From assembly GCF_030653815.1 (NCBI RefSeq), contig NZ_JAURYQ010000017.1:17370-81369 (forward strand): 64,000 nucleotides of DNA, written 5' to 3'. The translations under genes were made by a program, and so were the position numbers. Origin of the DNA: Rhodoferax sp. (GTDB taxonomy: Bacteria > Pseudomonadota > Gammaproteobacteria > Burkholderiales > Burkholderiaceae_C). Position 1 is the first letter of the stretch. The number at the start of each line of letters is the position of its first letter. Positions 1 to 9,754 of the stretch are shown one piece after another. The notes beneath the pieces were generated by a model. The model did not search any database, was not told the DNA's origin, and saw only the letters and a list, made by a program, of their open reading frames with translations.

Positions 1-606
1 TACGTCAACCCGGGGCGCGACAGCCACGAGGAAGCGCTCAAGGTGCACGGCATCACCACCGAATTCCTCAAGGACAAACCCAAGTTTGTCGAAGTGGCCC
101 AGGACCTGCTGGACTACCTGAAAGACGCGCACGTGGTCATCCACAACGCGCCGTTCGATCTGGGTTTTTTGAACATGGAGCTGGCGCTCATCAAGCAGCC
201 GCCGGTGAAAAGTGTGGTGGCCAGCATCACCGACACGCTCGTCATGGCCAAGGAGCTGTTTCCGGGTAAGCGCAACTCGCTCGACGCCCTGTGTGATCGC
301 CTTGAGGTCGACAACTCGGGGCGCACGCTGCACGGCGCGCTGCTCGATGCCGAGCTGCTGGCCGACATGTACATCAACCTCACCCGTGGCCAGGATGCTC
401 TGCTCATGGACGAGACCCCGACCACTGATGCCAACGGCGCATGTGTCACCGCGCTGGACCTGAGCCAGTTTGTGCTGCCGGTCATCTGCGCCAACGAGCA
501 GGAACTGGCCGCGCACGAAGACGTTTTGAAGCAAATCGACAAGTCAAGCAATGCCAAGACACTTTGGCGCTCGCAAGAGCAAAAAACGCCAGAAACTGTG
601 CCATAA
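1..606 (+). CDS. dnaQ: DNA polymerase III epsilon subunit (5' end outside window)
   Basis: DEDDh exonuclease motifs ExoII (VVIHNAPFDLGFLNME) and ExoIII (HGALLDAELLA). The frame is open from the window start; the ORF-track start at 43 is internal. Confidence 0.95.
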   Translation, partial: YVNPGRDSHEEALKVHGITTEFLKDKPKFVEVAQDLLDYLKDAHVVIHNAPFDLGFLNMELALIKQPPVKSVVASITDTLVMAKELFPGKRNSLDALCDRLEVDNSGRTLHGALLDAELLADMYINLTRGQDALLMDETPTTDANGACVTALDLSQFVLPVICANEQELAAHEDVLKQIDKSSNAKTLWRSQEQKTPETVP

Positions 607-631
607 TTCGCGTCTTTCCTGAACAGGGAAA

Positions 632-706
632 GGGCGGTTAGCTCAGGGGTAGAGCACTGCATTCACACTGCAGGGGTCACAAGTTCGAAACTTGTACTGC
701 CCACCA
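632..706 (+). tRNA. tRNA-Val(CAC)
   Basis: gggcggttagctcaggggtagagc...ctgca-ttCACac-tgcag...gttcgaaac...ctgcccacca; cloverleaf with encoded CCA. Confidence 0.95.
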
Positions 707-719
707 AAAATACCAATTG

Positions 720-757
720 AATCAAGCACTTAGCGGTAACGCTAGGTGCTTTTTTGT
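720..757 (+). terminator. Intrinsic terminator hairpin after tRNA-Val(CAC), containing an IHF consensus box
   Basis: aagcacttagcg-gtaa-cgctaggtgctt followed by a T run; aatcaagcactta matches WATCAANNNNTTR. Confidence 0.75.
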
Positions 758-1278
758 TGGCTGGACGGACAAAATACGGACAACCGCTTGTTTCAGTGGG
801 CAAGGAGCACCCCAAAACAGCTTCAGTAGCAGCAAGTCTTTCAAAGTCTTTGGGGCCACAGCCGGGGATATATCAATTTCGTCGTTCCGAGTCTGGACAG
901 TTGCGCGTAGGTGAACAACGTACAGATCTGGCTTTGCGCTTGCTGGAGCAATCGGTTCTTGGCTTTCTGACCATGGTGCAGCCGGGCCATTTTGTGGCTG
1001 AAGTGGCCGCTGTGTTGGCCCGACTCAAACCGACCGACGCGCACGACGACCTGGACGATTTTTTGAACATCAGCTTCAGCACTCTGGCCAGTCCTGAAAT
1101 TTATGCCACGGCGTTGGACTTGGCCTTGCGCTATCGGCATCACCTGTTTGACACGCTCTACCATGCGGTGGCGCTAAACACCCCGGGCGCGGTGTTGGTC
1201 ACAGCGGATGAGCGCTACTACAACAAAACCCGGCTTGAGGGGCAGATCAGCTTGCTGGCAGATTTCAGATTCCCATGA
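754..1278 (+). pseudogene. N-terminally truncated PIN-domain (VapC-like) protein
   Basis: The C-terminal half has PIN motifs (EVAAVLAR; LFDTLYHAVA; LVTADERY). The N-terminal VxDxS motif is missing, the upstream frame is not PIN-like, and no antitoxin is adjacent. Confidence 0.6.
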
Positions 1279-1374
1279 CTCCCACCGCTTGTCTGCCCGA
1301 CCTGCCCATTTGTCGGTGGCGCGCGCGGGGCGATAAGATCGGCGGGCAAAATCCATTTGAAGGCACCCAACTCC

Positions 1375-1770
1375 ATGAACACCAGACAACAACGCGGCTT
1401 TACCCTGATTGAACTCATGATCACCGTGGCGGTGATCGGGATTCTGGCGGCGGTGGCTTACCCGTCTTATACGCAATATGTTATTCGAGCAAACAGGTCA
1501 GCAGCGCAGGCGCAAATGATGGACATAGCCAACCGACAGCAGCAGTTCTTGCTGGCTAACCGGGCCTATGTTTCTGAGACTGACACGCTTTGGACTAATA
1601 GCTATTCTTTGCCCTCTGAGGTGGATGCCAAATATAGCTACACCATCGCACCTGGTACGGGTACCGTCCCTTCTTTTGTAATTACTTTTACCCCCAAAGG
1701 CTCTCAGTCTAGCGATGGCGTGCTCACACTAAACAGCGAAGGGGCCAAAACTCCAATTGCCAAATGGTAG
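1375..1770 (+). CDS. pilE: Type IV minor pilin PilE
   Basis: Class III signal [27 protein letters not shown]; RS-AQ--MM---QQQF PilE core; ATG at 1375. Confidence 0.9.
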   Translation: MNTRQQRGFTLIELMITVAVIGILAAVAYPSYTQYVIRANRSAAQAQMMDIANRQQQFLLANRAYVSETDTLWTNSYSLPSEVDAKYSYTIAPGTGTVPSFVITFTPKGSQSSDGVLTLNSEGAKTPIAKW

Positions 1771-2342
1771 CGCCAGCACTCACCATTGCGCAGCGACGGC
1801 AGCGTGGGTCCTCGATGATCGAGGTGCTGGTCACACTCGTTATCGTCTCATTTGGTTTGCTCGGTTTGGCTGGACTTCAAACCCGCCTGCAAACGTCTGA
1901 AATGGAGTCATACCAGCGAAGCCAGGCATTGCTGCTCCTCAATGACATGGCGAACCGTATTACGACGAACCGCAGCAACGCAGCAGCCTACGTTTCTGGC
2001 GCAGACGTGGATAGTCCGTTGGGGGCAGGAATGAATTGCCCTACCTCTACTGCTTCGGTTGTTGAGGCCGATTTGCGCGAATGGTGCAACGCGCTACAAG
2101 GCGCGGGCGAGACGACTGGAGGCAACAATGTCGGTGCCATGATTGGCGGACGCGGATGCGTGGAAGACCTTGGCAGCGGCGAATACTTTATTACAGTTGC
2201 CTGGCAGGGTCTGATACCCATTGCTGCCCCGCCAGCTTCAGTCGCTTGTGGTGCGAATGGTTACGATACTGCGGGTTCCTCATGTGTCAACGATCTTTGT
2301 CGACGAACTGTGACAACGTTGGTGCGTATTGCGACATTGTGA
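1764..2342 (+). CDS. pilV: Type IV minor pilin PilV
   Basis: [26 protein letters not shown]...RSQA-LL--DM--RI PilV signature. Confidence 0.9.
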   Translation: MVAPALTIAQRRQRGSSMIEVLVTLVIVSFGLLGLAGLQTRLQTSEMESYQRSQALLLLNDMANRITTNRSNAAAYVSGADVDSPLGAGMNCPTSTASVVEADLREWCNALQGAGETTGGNNVGAMIGGRGCVEDLGSGEYFITVAWQGLIPIAAPPASVACGANGYDTAGSSCVNDLCRRTVTTLVRIATL

Positions 2343-3520
2343 TGAACAAGCATTCCCGTCACATATTGCAAGCTGGCTTTACGCTGGTTGAGTTAATGGT
2401 GTCCATGGCCATCGGCCTGTTGATTGTGCTGGCGCTGATCACACTCCTCATCAACGTCAACCGCAATAACAGCGAAATGGCCAAGACCAATAGCCAGATT
2501 GAAAACGGCCGATTCGCCATCCAGTTGATTCAGAACGATCTGGTTCATGCTGGATTCTGGGGTGGTTTTGTTCCACAGTTTGACGACTTGACTTTTGAAA
2601 CAGTTCCCAATGATGCCCCCAGCGCCACCGTCCCCGATCCCTGTCTAGCTTACTCGGCACCCTGGACGGCGGCCTACAAGAAAGACATTATTGGCATCTC
2701 ACTCCAAGCTTATGGCACTACTCCGCCGTCAGGGGCAGGTTGTGTCACCAATTTCGCTACCAATAAAAAGGTCAATACCGATGTGCTGGTGGTGCGGCAT
2801 GCCGAAACCTGTTTGCCCGGTGTGGGTAATTGCGAGGCCGACACTGCGGGCAAACTGTATTTGCAGGCATCGCTATGCGAACTGGAAAACGCCACACCGT
2901 ACGTGCTAGATACCACGGGGTTCACGCTTCACAAGCGAACCTGTGTTGGAACCGGAACGCCGCCGGCCTTGCCCATCACGTCGACCGATTTTGCGGACAA
3001 ACGCAAATTCATTTCCAATATCTATTACATCCGTGATTACGCCGTGACAGCCGGCGACGGCATACCCACCTTGATGCGGTCACAGTTTGACCTGGCTGCT
3101 GGCACGTTGGCGCATCAGGCCGCTGAACCCCTGATCGAAGGCATCGAAGGCTTTAGCGTGGAATTCGGAATCGACAGTGTTAGCGACTCCGGAGGCGCTG
3201 TGGTGCCAACTGCCGCCATCGTGTGGGCAGACCCAAGTGCCAAAACTTCACCCACCAATCGGGGCGACGGTAATCCCGAATACCCATTCGTGCAATGTAC
3301 AGACGCTGTCCCTTGTACTGCTGCCCAGTTGGCCAATGTTGTTGCGGTCAAGCTGCATGTACTGGTTCGTGCCAGAGAGGTCTCACCCGGCTATACCGAT
3401 ACCAAAACCTACACCTTGGGCGCCACCACCCTAGGCCCTTTTAATGATCGCTTCAAACGCCATGCCTTTGCCACTACCGTGCGCCTGACCAATGTTGCCG
3501 GCAGACGGGAGACCCCATGA
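2342..3520 (+). CDS. pilW: Type IV minor pilin PilW
   Basis: AG-FTLVELMVSMAIGL; ENGRFAIQLIQNDLVHAGFWG; ATG at 2342 overlaps the pilV stop (ORF track starts 87 codons too early). Confidence 0.9.
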   Translation: MNKHSRHILQAGFTLVELMVSMAIGLLIVLALITLLINVNRNNSEMAKTNSQIENGRFAIQLIQNDLVHAGFWGGFVPQFDDLTFETVPNDAPSATVPDPCLAYSAPWTAAYKKDIIGISLQAYGTTPPSGAGCVTNFATNKKVNTDVLVVRHAETCLPGVGNCEADTAGKLYLQASLCELENATPYVLDTTGFTLHKRTCVGTGTPPALPITSTDFADKRKFISNIYYIRDYAVTAGDGIPTLMRSQFDLAAGTLAHQAAEPLIEGIEGFSVEFGIDSVSDSGGAVVPTAAIVWADPSAKTSPTNRGDGNPEYPFVQCTDAVPCTAAQLANVVAVKLHVLVRAREVSPGYTDTKTYTLGATTLGPFNDRFKRHAFATTVRLTNVAGRRETP

Positions 3521-4002
3521 AACGGATCGTTCTGCCCCGCCGACAACGCGGCGCCACACTCGTTATCGGCCTCATCATGCTCGTAATCATTACGTTGATG
3601 GTGACGAGTGCCTTCATGATGAGCAATACCAACCTCAAATCCGTGGGCAATATGCAAATTCGGGAGGAAACAATTGCAGCAGCCAATGTGGCGATTGAGC
3701 AAGTTATAGCGTCACCCTTCACAAATGCACCAGTTGCAGAGTCGATTGATGTGGATATCAACAATGACGGCACCGTTGATTATGTGGTGGCCATTGCCGT
3801 CCCCACTTGCATTAGAGCCGTGGCCGTAGCAGGCACTCCTCCCCCAAGTAGCGTTGGTTTCATTGCGCCTGCAACAAATTTCACCACCAGCTGGGATATT
3901 GATGCCACGGTGATGGAAGCCGGAAGTGGTGCATCCGTTCGTGTGCATCAGGGTGTGCGTGTACTGCTTACGCAAGCCCAAAAAGATGCAGTCTGTCCGT
4001 AA
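3517..4002 (+). CDS. pilX: Type IV minor pilin PilX
   Basis: RQRG-ATLVIGLIMLVIITL, lacking Glu+5 as is typical of PilX; position between pilW and pilY1. Confidence 0.85.
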   Translation: MKRIVLPRRQRGATLVIGLIMLVIITLMVTSAFMMSNTNLKSVGNMQIREETIAAANVAIEQVIASPFTNAPVAESIDVDINNDGTVDYVVAIAVPTCIRAVAVAGTPPPSSVGFIAPATNFTTSWDIDATVMEAGSGASVRVHQGVRVLLTQAQKDAVCP

Positions 4003-4026
4003 TTGGGCAATAGTTTGGAGTTCAAT

Positions 4027-7000
4027 ATGCACAACCATCTTTTTAAAAGAGTACTCGCTGCTGGCTTGCTTACGTTCACTCTGGTGGCGTCGGCGGAAGA
4101 CATTGATCTGTTTGTGGGGGCGGATCCTGTTACTACCGAGGTGCCAAATGTGTTGATCATTATGGATAACACGGCTAATTGGAATACTGCATTTGACAAT
4201 GAAATGGCTGCTTTGGCTGCCACTGTCGAAGCACTCCCGGCTGATAAATTCAGAGTAGGCATCATGTTTGCGAACGAAACGGGTAACCCTAACAATAACA
4301 CACGTGGGGGATATGTGAGGGCAGCTATTCGTCTGCTAAATAGTGCTAACAAAACAACATATCAGAATTTGATTAATAGTTTTGAGAAGATAGGAGATGC
4401 AGGTAATGGTGGTATTGCAAGTTTGGTAATGGCTGAGGCGTATCGCTATTTTTCAGCTGGAACTCCATACGGCGGCAATGGAAAAGTAAAAACTGACTAT
4501 ATTGGAAATATTTCTGGTACGGCACAATCAAAAGCCATATATGCACTTTCTGGTAACGCGTTGGAGTCGTTCAATGATACAACGTATGTTTCCCCGATTG
4601 CTTCCGGTTGTCAAAAGAACTTCATTATTTATATTAGCAACGGTGCATCAAATGACAATACTTCTGTTTCCAATCAAGCCAGTTCCATGCTGACAGCTGC
4701 GGCAACGTCGTTGGGAATAACAGGAGCGACCATACCAATACCTATTTCACCGAGTGGGTCGCAGGATAATTTCAGCGATGAATGGGCTCGTTTTATGAAA
4801 AAAAGCGATCTAAACATCACTACCTACACGGTGGATGTGAATAAAGTTACGACCGGGCAAGGTCCTGGTTGGACAGCACTTCTGAAAAGTATGGCTGGGG
4901 TGAGTAGTGGAAAGTACTTTGATGTAAGCTCAGCTGCAAATGCAGGTCAAGAAATTAAAGATGCACTTGGGGATATTTTTTCAGAAATTCAGTCTGTTAA
5001 TAGTGTATTTGCTTCTGTCAGTTTACCAGTTAGCGTAAGCACTCAAGGCACCTATTTAAATCAAGTTTATGTTGGAATGTTTAGGCCTGATCAAAATGCC
5101 TATCCGCGCTGGTCTGGTAATTTGAAGCAATACAAGATTGGGTTTATCAATGGTGTATTGAGGCTACAAGATGCTGACAGCAAAGACGCCAACAACAGTC
5201 AGACCGGCTTTATTACTGAGTGCGCACGCAGTTTTTGGACACCCAGTGTCTTGGATACTTATTGGACATTCAAGCCACAAGGGGACTGCATTACTATTGC
5301 AAATTCAGATGTTTCAAATTATCCGGACGGTAACATTGTAGAAAAAGGTGGACAGGGATTTACACGCCGGGCCTCCATTACCCGCACAGTTAAAACGTGC
5401 TCTTCAACTTTTGCATCTTGTACAAGTTTGACCGATTTTAATAACACTAATGTTACCCCGGGAATGCTTGGCCTTGGCGCAGAGGATACGACTGAGCGGG
5501 ATAGTTTGATTAACTGGATGAAAGGCTTGGATGTAGCCGTACCTATTCCGAATCCTGATGGAATCGATGGCGATGAGAATGTCAACGGGATCACCTTGAC
5601 TGAAATGCGCCCTTCAGTGCATGGTGATGTGGTGCACTCGAGGCCGGTTGCGATCAATTTTGGATCGGACGCTTCACCTCAGGTAGTCGTGTTTTATGGT
5701 GGCAACGACGGTATGTTGCGCGCAATCAATGGCAATCGTCCTGACAAACCAACGCCCAATATTGGTGCGGTCACCCCCGGCGGGGAATTGTGGGCCTTTG
5801 TTCCCCCCGAGTTTTATCGGCAAATCAAACGTATCCGTGACAACACGACGCAAATAAGCTTTCCTGGCAACACTTCGGGCACGCCTACGCCGCTGCCAAA
5901 ACCTTATGGTATCGATGGACCAGTCTCGGCCTATCAGGGGAATGTCAGTGGAACGCCTAAAGCTTTCATTTTCGCTACGATGAGGCGCGGCGGGCGTGCG
6001 CTGTACGCTTTTGACGTGACGACGCCAGCAAGTCCTGCGCTTAAATGGAAAAAGGGTTGTCCTAATAATTTTTCTGCTTTAGGTACTGTGGACGACACGA
6101 ATTGCAGCACAGGTTTTAGTGCCATTGGTCAAACATGGTCTACACCGCAAGTGATTAAGTCCAGTGGCTACGGGTCTGGAACTGCGCCTATGCTCATCAT
6201 GGGTGGGGGCTATGACACCTGCCAGGATGCCGATTCGAACTCTTGCACAACTGCGAATAAGGGGAAAAGTGTTTATGTGATGGATGCGGATACTGGTACG
6301 CTGCTCAAGACGCTGACTACGGACCGCAGCGTGGTCGGTGATGTCTTTGTGGTGCCGGACGCGACTGGCTTGATCAAGTACGCTTATGCGACCGACTTGG
6401 GCGGTAATGTCTACCGTATTTCTGGCATTAACGCCAACACTCCCATAGGAGCTACAACGCCGGCGAACTGGACAATTACCAAGGTCGCCTCGCTTGGCGG
6501 TAGCGGTACTGCGGCTCGAAAATTCATGTTTTCCACCGATGTAGTCGAGGATGGTAATAATATTGGTACTTATTATCTGTTGGTGGGGTCAGGTGACCGT
6601 GAAAAGCCCTTGCTTGGTTACACGGCAACTTCGGCGGTAACCAACTATTTCTTCATGATAAAGGATAAGCCGACAGACGCCACCTGGTTGACATCGCAAA
6701 ATGTTACCTGCGGCGCAGATGTGATCTGCTTGGCTTCATTGACACCGATATTGACCGGCACTAATCCGGAACAGACAGATCTGAATACTTCAAAAGGTTG
6801 GTATCTTGGTTTGCGTTCAACTGAGCAAGTGGTCACCAGCGCAGTCACACTTTTTGGCGTAGTGACATTCAGTACGCACCAGCCTGCCGTAGCCGTTGTG
6901 GGTTCTTGTGGTTCGAACTTGGGTGAGGCCCGTGTATATAACATCAATTACCTCAATGCTGCACCGGGTAGGGGAACTAGTCGCGATGCTGATCGTGCAG

Positions 7001-7176
7001 GAGATGGTTTGTCGACTAACCCTGTACTCGCCAGGGTCACGCTTGACGATGGAAGCACCGTAACTACAGTATTTGGCAGCAGCGGCGAGGGACCTATCCC
7101 GCCCGGTCCACCACCGCCCCCACCACCCGGTGCGAATCAGCCGAAGTCCCGAGTTTACTGGTACATCCAGAAATGA
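4027..7176 (+). CDS. pilY1: Type IV pilus tip adhesin PilY1 (N-terminal vWA-like domain, C-terminal beta-propeller)
   Basis: Sec signal; vWA-like strands (PNVLIIMDN, FRVGIMF, NFIIYISNG, ITTYTV); PilY1/PilC C-domain motifs GDVVHSRP, YGGNDGMLRA, GGELWAFVP, GQTWSTP, YATDLGGNVYR; ends SRVYW. Confidence 0.92.
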   Translation: MHNHLFKRVLAAGLLTFTLVASAEDIDLFVGADPVTTEVPNVLIIMDNTANWNTAFDNEMAALAATVEALPADKFRVGIMFANETGNPNNNTRGGYVRAAIRLLNSANKTTYQNLINSFEKIGDAGNGGIASLVMAEAYRYFSAGTPYGGNGKVKTDYIGNISGTAQSKAIYALSGNALESFNDTTYVSPIASGCQKNFIIYISNGASNDNTSVSNQASSMLTAAATSLGITGATIPIPISPSGSQDNFSDEWARFMKKSDLNITTYTVDVNKVTTGQGPGWTALLKSMAGVSSGKYFDVSSAANAGQEIKDALGDIFSEIQSVNSVFASVSLPVSVSTQGTYLNQVYVGMFRPDQNAYPRWSGNLKQYKIGFINGVLRLQDADSKDANNSQTGFITECARSFWTPSVLDTYWTFKPQGDCITIANSDVSNYPDGNIVEKGGQGFTRRASITRTVKTCSSTFASCTSLTDFNNTNVTPGMLGLGAEDTTERDSLINWMKGLDVAVPIPNPDGIDGDENVNGITLTEMRPSVHGDVVHSRPVAINFGSDASPQVVVFYGGNDGMLRAINGNRPDKPTPNIGAVTPGGELWAFVPPEFYRQIKRIRDNTTQISFPGNTSGTPTPLPKPYGIDGPVSAYQGNVSGTPKAFIFATMRRGGRALYAFDVTTPASPALKWKKGCPNNFSALGTVDDTNCSTGFSAIGQTWSTPQVIKSSGYGSGTAPMLIMGGGYDTCQDADSNSCTTANKGKSVYVMDADTGTLLKTLTTDRSVVGDVFVVPDATGLIKYAYATDLGGNVYRISGINANTPIGATTPANWTITKVASLGGSGTAARKFMFSTDVVEDGNNIGTYYLLVGSGDREKPLLGYTATSAVTNYFFMIKDKPTDATWLTSQNVTCGADVICLASLTPILTGTNPEQTDLNTSKGWYLGLRSTEQVVTSAVTLFGVVTFSTHQPAVAVVGSCGSNLGEARVYNINYLNAAPGRGTSRDADRAGDGLSTNPVLARVTLDDGSTVTTVFGSSGEGPIPPGPPPPPPPGANQPKSRVYWYIQK

Positions 7177-7751
7177 TCTGCTCAATAAACAGGTTGCAAA
7201 TTCCAAGAGGTCGTACGTTGAGTCAGAAAAGTAGGACGGTGGGAGTTGTCAATGACCTTGTGCATCGTCTTGAAGGAGGCTTCACCCTGATCGAACTCAT
7301 GGTCACGGTCGCCGTACTTGGCGTGCTGGCAGCCCTAGCTGCACCATCTTTCAATGAAGCCATACTGAGCAACAAGCTGACTTCCTATGCCAACAGCTTT
7401 GTAGCAAGCGCGACGCTGGCCCGCAGTGAAGCAATCAAGCGTAACGTAATCGTCAAACTTTGTCGCTCGGCTGATGGCTTGACCTGCGCTAGCTCAGGCA
7501 CTTGGCAACAGGGCTGGATTGTTTTGGGTGGGACTACCGTCATTCAACACCAACAAGCCCTCTCAACGGATTACCGGCTGACCGGGAACGTGTACAGCAT
7601 CGATTTTCAGCCAATTGGTGCCGGTGCCACCGCCGCCAACTTGACGTTATGCAGGGCGACACCTTCTCCAGGCGGTCAGGAACGTGTCATCTCGATCAGC
7701 GCGACGGGGCGCGCATCCGTCAGTACCACCAGAACAGGCTCCTGTTCCTGA
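7173..7751 (+). CDS. fimT: GspH/FimT-family minor pilin (start uncertain, 7173-7260)
   Basis: [26 protein letters not shown]; ARSEAIKRN; WQQGWIV. Confidence 0.85.
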   Translation: MICSINRLQIPRGRTLSQKSRTVGVVNDLVHRLEGGFTLIELMVTVAVLGVLAALAAPSFNEAILSNKLTSYANSFVASATLARSEAIKRNVIVKLCRSADGLTCASSGTWQQGWIVLGGTTVIQHQQALSTDYRLTGNVYSIDFQPIGAGATAANLTLCRATPSPGGQERVISISATGRASVSTTRTGSCS

Positions 7752-7869
7752 CGCAAAATAAAAGCTACCGGCCCCCCAAATGGGGGATACCGCACACAAG
7801 CCCTGAGATGTAGTCTTCCCCCTCGCACCCGGCACAAGACCGGTCTGCCCACTCAGGGAGGAGACACCC

Positions 7870-8424
7870 ATGGACAAGCGGTCTGCCAGTGCTGGTTTCA
7901 CTTTGATCGAGTTGATGGTGGTGGTGGCCGTGGCCGCGTTGCTTCAGTCACTGGCGGCGCCCGCGTTCACGGGCATGGTCAACTCGATGCGTTTGACCGC
8001 GGCAGTCAATTCCCTTTTCACCAGTTTGTTGCTCGCGCGCAGTGAGGCCATCAAGCGCAATGGGCGTGCCGTGGTGTGCAAATCTGTCACTGGTGAAACC
8101 TGCGTGACCACCGGGGGCTGGCAGCAGGGCTGGATTGTGTTTCATGACGCCAACAACAACGCACGACGCGATGCGGGGGAGGTGATCGTGTCGCACCAGC
8201 AAGCCACACCGGCACCAATTATGCTGAATGGCAATGCCCCGCTGGTCAGTTACGTGTCTTACACCCCAATGGGGCAAACCGCCTACGCCTCGGGGGCTTT
8301 CCAGGCGGGGACACTCACCGTTTGTGTGGCTTCGTCAGACAGCCAGGAGGCGCGTCAGATCGTGATCAGCAGTGCAGGGCGGCCGCGTACCGTCAGGACG
8401 ACGGTGGCCAAATGCCCGTTGTGA
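7870..8424 (+). CDS. fimT: Second GspH/FimT/FimU-family minor pilin
   Basis: [16 protein letters not shown]; ARSEAIKRN; WQQGWIVFHD; GRPR C-terminus; RBS ggagg upstream. Confidence 0.85.
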   Translation: MDKRSASAGFTLIELMVVVAVAALLQSLAAPAFTGMVNSMRLTAAVNSLFTSLLLARSEAIKRNGRAVVCKSVTGETCVTTGGWQQGWIVFHDANNNARRDAGEVIVSHQQATPAPIMLNGNAPLVSYVSYTPMGQTAYASGAFQAGTLTVCVASSDSQEARQIVISSAGRPRTVRTTVAKCPL

Positions 8425-8432
8425 TCAACGCC

Positions 8433-9674
8433 CTACTGACCCCATAAGCTTGATATTGGCACCGCCCAGATGCGATTTCCGAGCGGCAGGGTTTCCGTGC
8501 CATCGTAGAGGATTATGCCCAGCTTGAAGTGGTCGCCAGCAATACTGGCCAGCCGTTTGAGGCCGCGCAAATCGTTCGTTCCGACCGAGGCTGCTGCCTT
8601 GATCTCCACTCCCACCAATTGTCCGCCTGCGTTTTCCACCACCACATCCACCTCGAATTGATCGTGATCGCGGTAGTAGAGCAATTGGTAGTCACCCTCT
8701 GCGCTGGTAGCGTGCTTGAGTATTTCCCCGTAAACGAAGGTTTCCAACACATGACCAAAGCGGCTGCGATCTTGTGCGGCTGTGGCTGGCGTGAGATCAA
8801 TCAGGGCGGACAGCAGGCCTGAATCTATGAACTGTACCTTGGGAGTTTTCACCACCCGGTTGAGTCGGTTGCTGGCCCAAACTTCGACTCTCTTGAGTAA
8901 GTACATCTGCTCAAACACACTGACATAGCGGGCTGCCGTTTTGTGATCCAGCCCAACCTGGCCGCCCAATTGGGTGTAGTTGCACATCTGACCTGAGACC
9001 TGCGCCAAGGCCTGTAAAAAACGAGGCAGTTGGTCAAGCCGGTCAACGCCTGTCACATCGCGCACGTCACGTTGGATGATGGCATCGATGTACTGGCGGG
9101 CCCAAGCGGTGCGGCGGCGTGGCGTGGCGCGCGAGACCGCTTCCGGATAACCGCCACGCAACACTGCTTCGACCAGCGCTTCACCGACGATTGGGGTGGA
9201 CACTTTTGGGACAACTCCGGCAAAGGCGCTGTCCAGCCAGTTGAGCGTGGTGCCATGCATTTCGCTTTGCGACAGAGGTAGCAAAGTTAAGGTTTCCATT
9301 CGCCCGGCCAGCGAATCTGCCACGCTGGGCAGCGTCATTAAGTTGGCCGATCCGGTCAGCAGGAAGCGCCCAGGGCGTCGATCTTCATCAACAGTCTTCT
9401 TGATGGCCAGCAGCAGTTGCGGGGCACGCTGGATTTCATCAATAATGGCCCTATCTAGGTTGCGAATCGTTCCTACGGGGTCTTCCTTGGCCGCCAACCG
9501 GGTCAACTCATCATCAAGCGTGAGGTAGCGTCGCTCCTGGTTCGCCATCTGGCGTACCAACGTGGTTTTTCCGGCCTGTCTTGGACCCGCGATCATGACG
9601 ACGGGCGTGTCTGTGAGTGCCTCGGCAACTCGCGCCGTTATGAGCCGTGAATAGAGTGGGGTTGGGGTGTTCAT
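8433..9674 (-). CDS. AAA_14 ATPase with C-terminal DUF4143 (PD-(D/E)xK-like) domain
   Basis: Walker A GPRQAGKTT, Walker B IIDEIQ, LLTGS, KTPKVQFIDSGL, YYRD---EVDVV...VEIK. Confidence 0.9.
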   Translation of the reverse strand: MNTPTPLYSRLITARVAEALTDTPVVMIAGPRQAGKTTLVRQMANQERRYLTLDDELTRLAAKEDPVGTIRNLDRAIIDEIQRAPQLLLAIKKTVDEDRRPGRFLLTGSANLMTLPSVADSLAGRMETLTLLPLSQSEMHGTTLNWLDSAFAGVVPKVSTPIVGEALVEAVLRGGYPEAVSRATPRRRTAWARQYIDAIIQRDVRDVTGVDRLDQLPRFLQALAQVSGQMCNYTQLGGQVGLDHKTAARYVSVFEQMYLLKRVEVWASNRLNRVVKTPKVQFIDSGLLSALIDLTPATAAQDRSRFGHVLETFVYGEILKHATSAEGDYQLLYYRDHDQFEVDVVVENAGGQLVGVEIKAAASVGTNDLRGLKRLASIAGDHFKLGIILYDGTETLPLGNRIWAVPISSLWGQ

Positions 9675-9688
9675 GATTGCACATGGTA

Positions 9689-9754
9689 CCGTGCAATTGG
9701 GAATCAATCAACGTAAATCAGGGAATCTAAAGCCGTGTAATTGGGAATATTACC
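9689..9754. repeat. Three degenerate 22-bp tandem units upstream of the AAA gene
   Basis: GGGAAT begins at 9699, 9721 and 9743; units 1 and 3 share ccgtg(c/t)aattgggaat. Confidence 0.6.
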
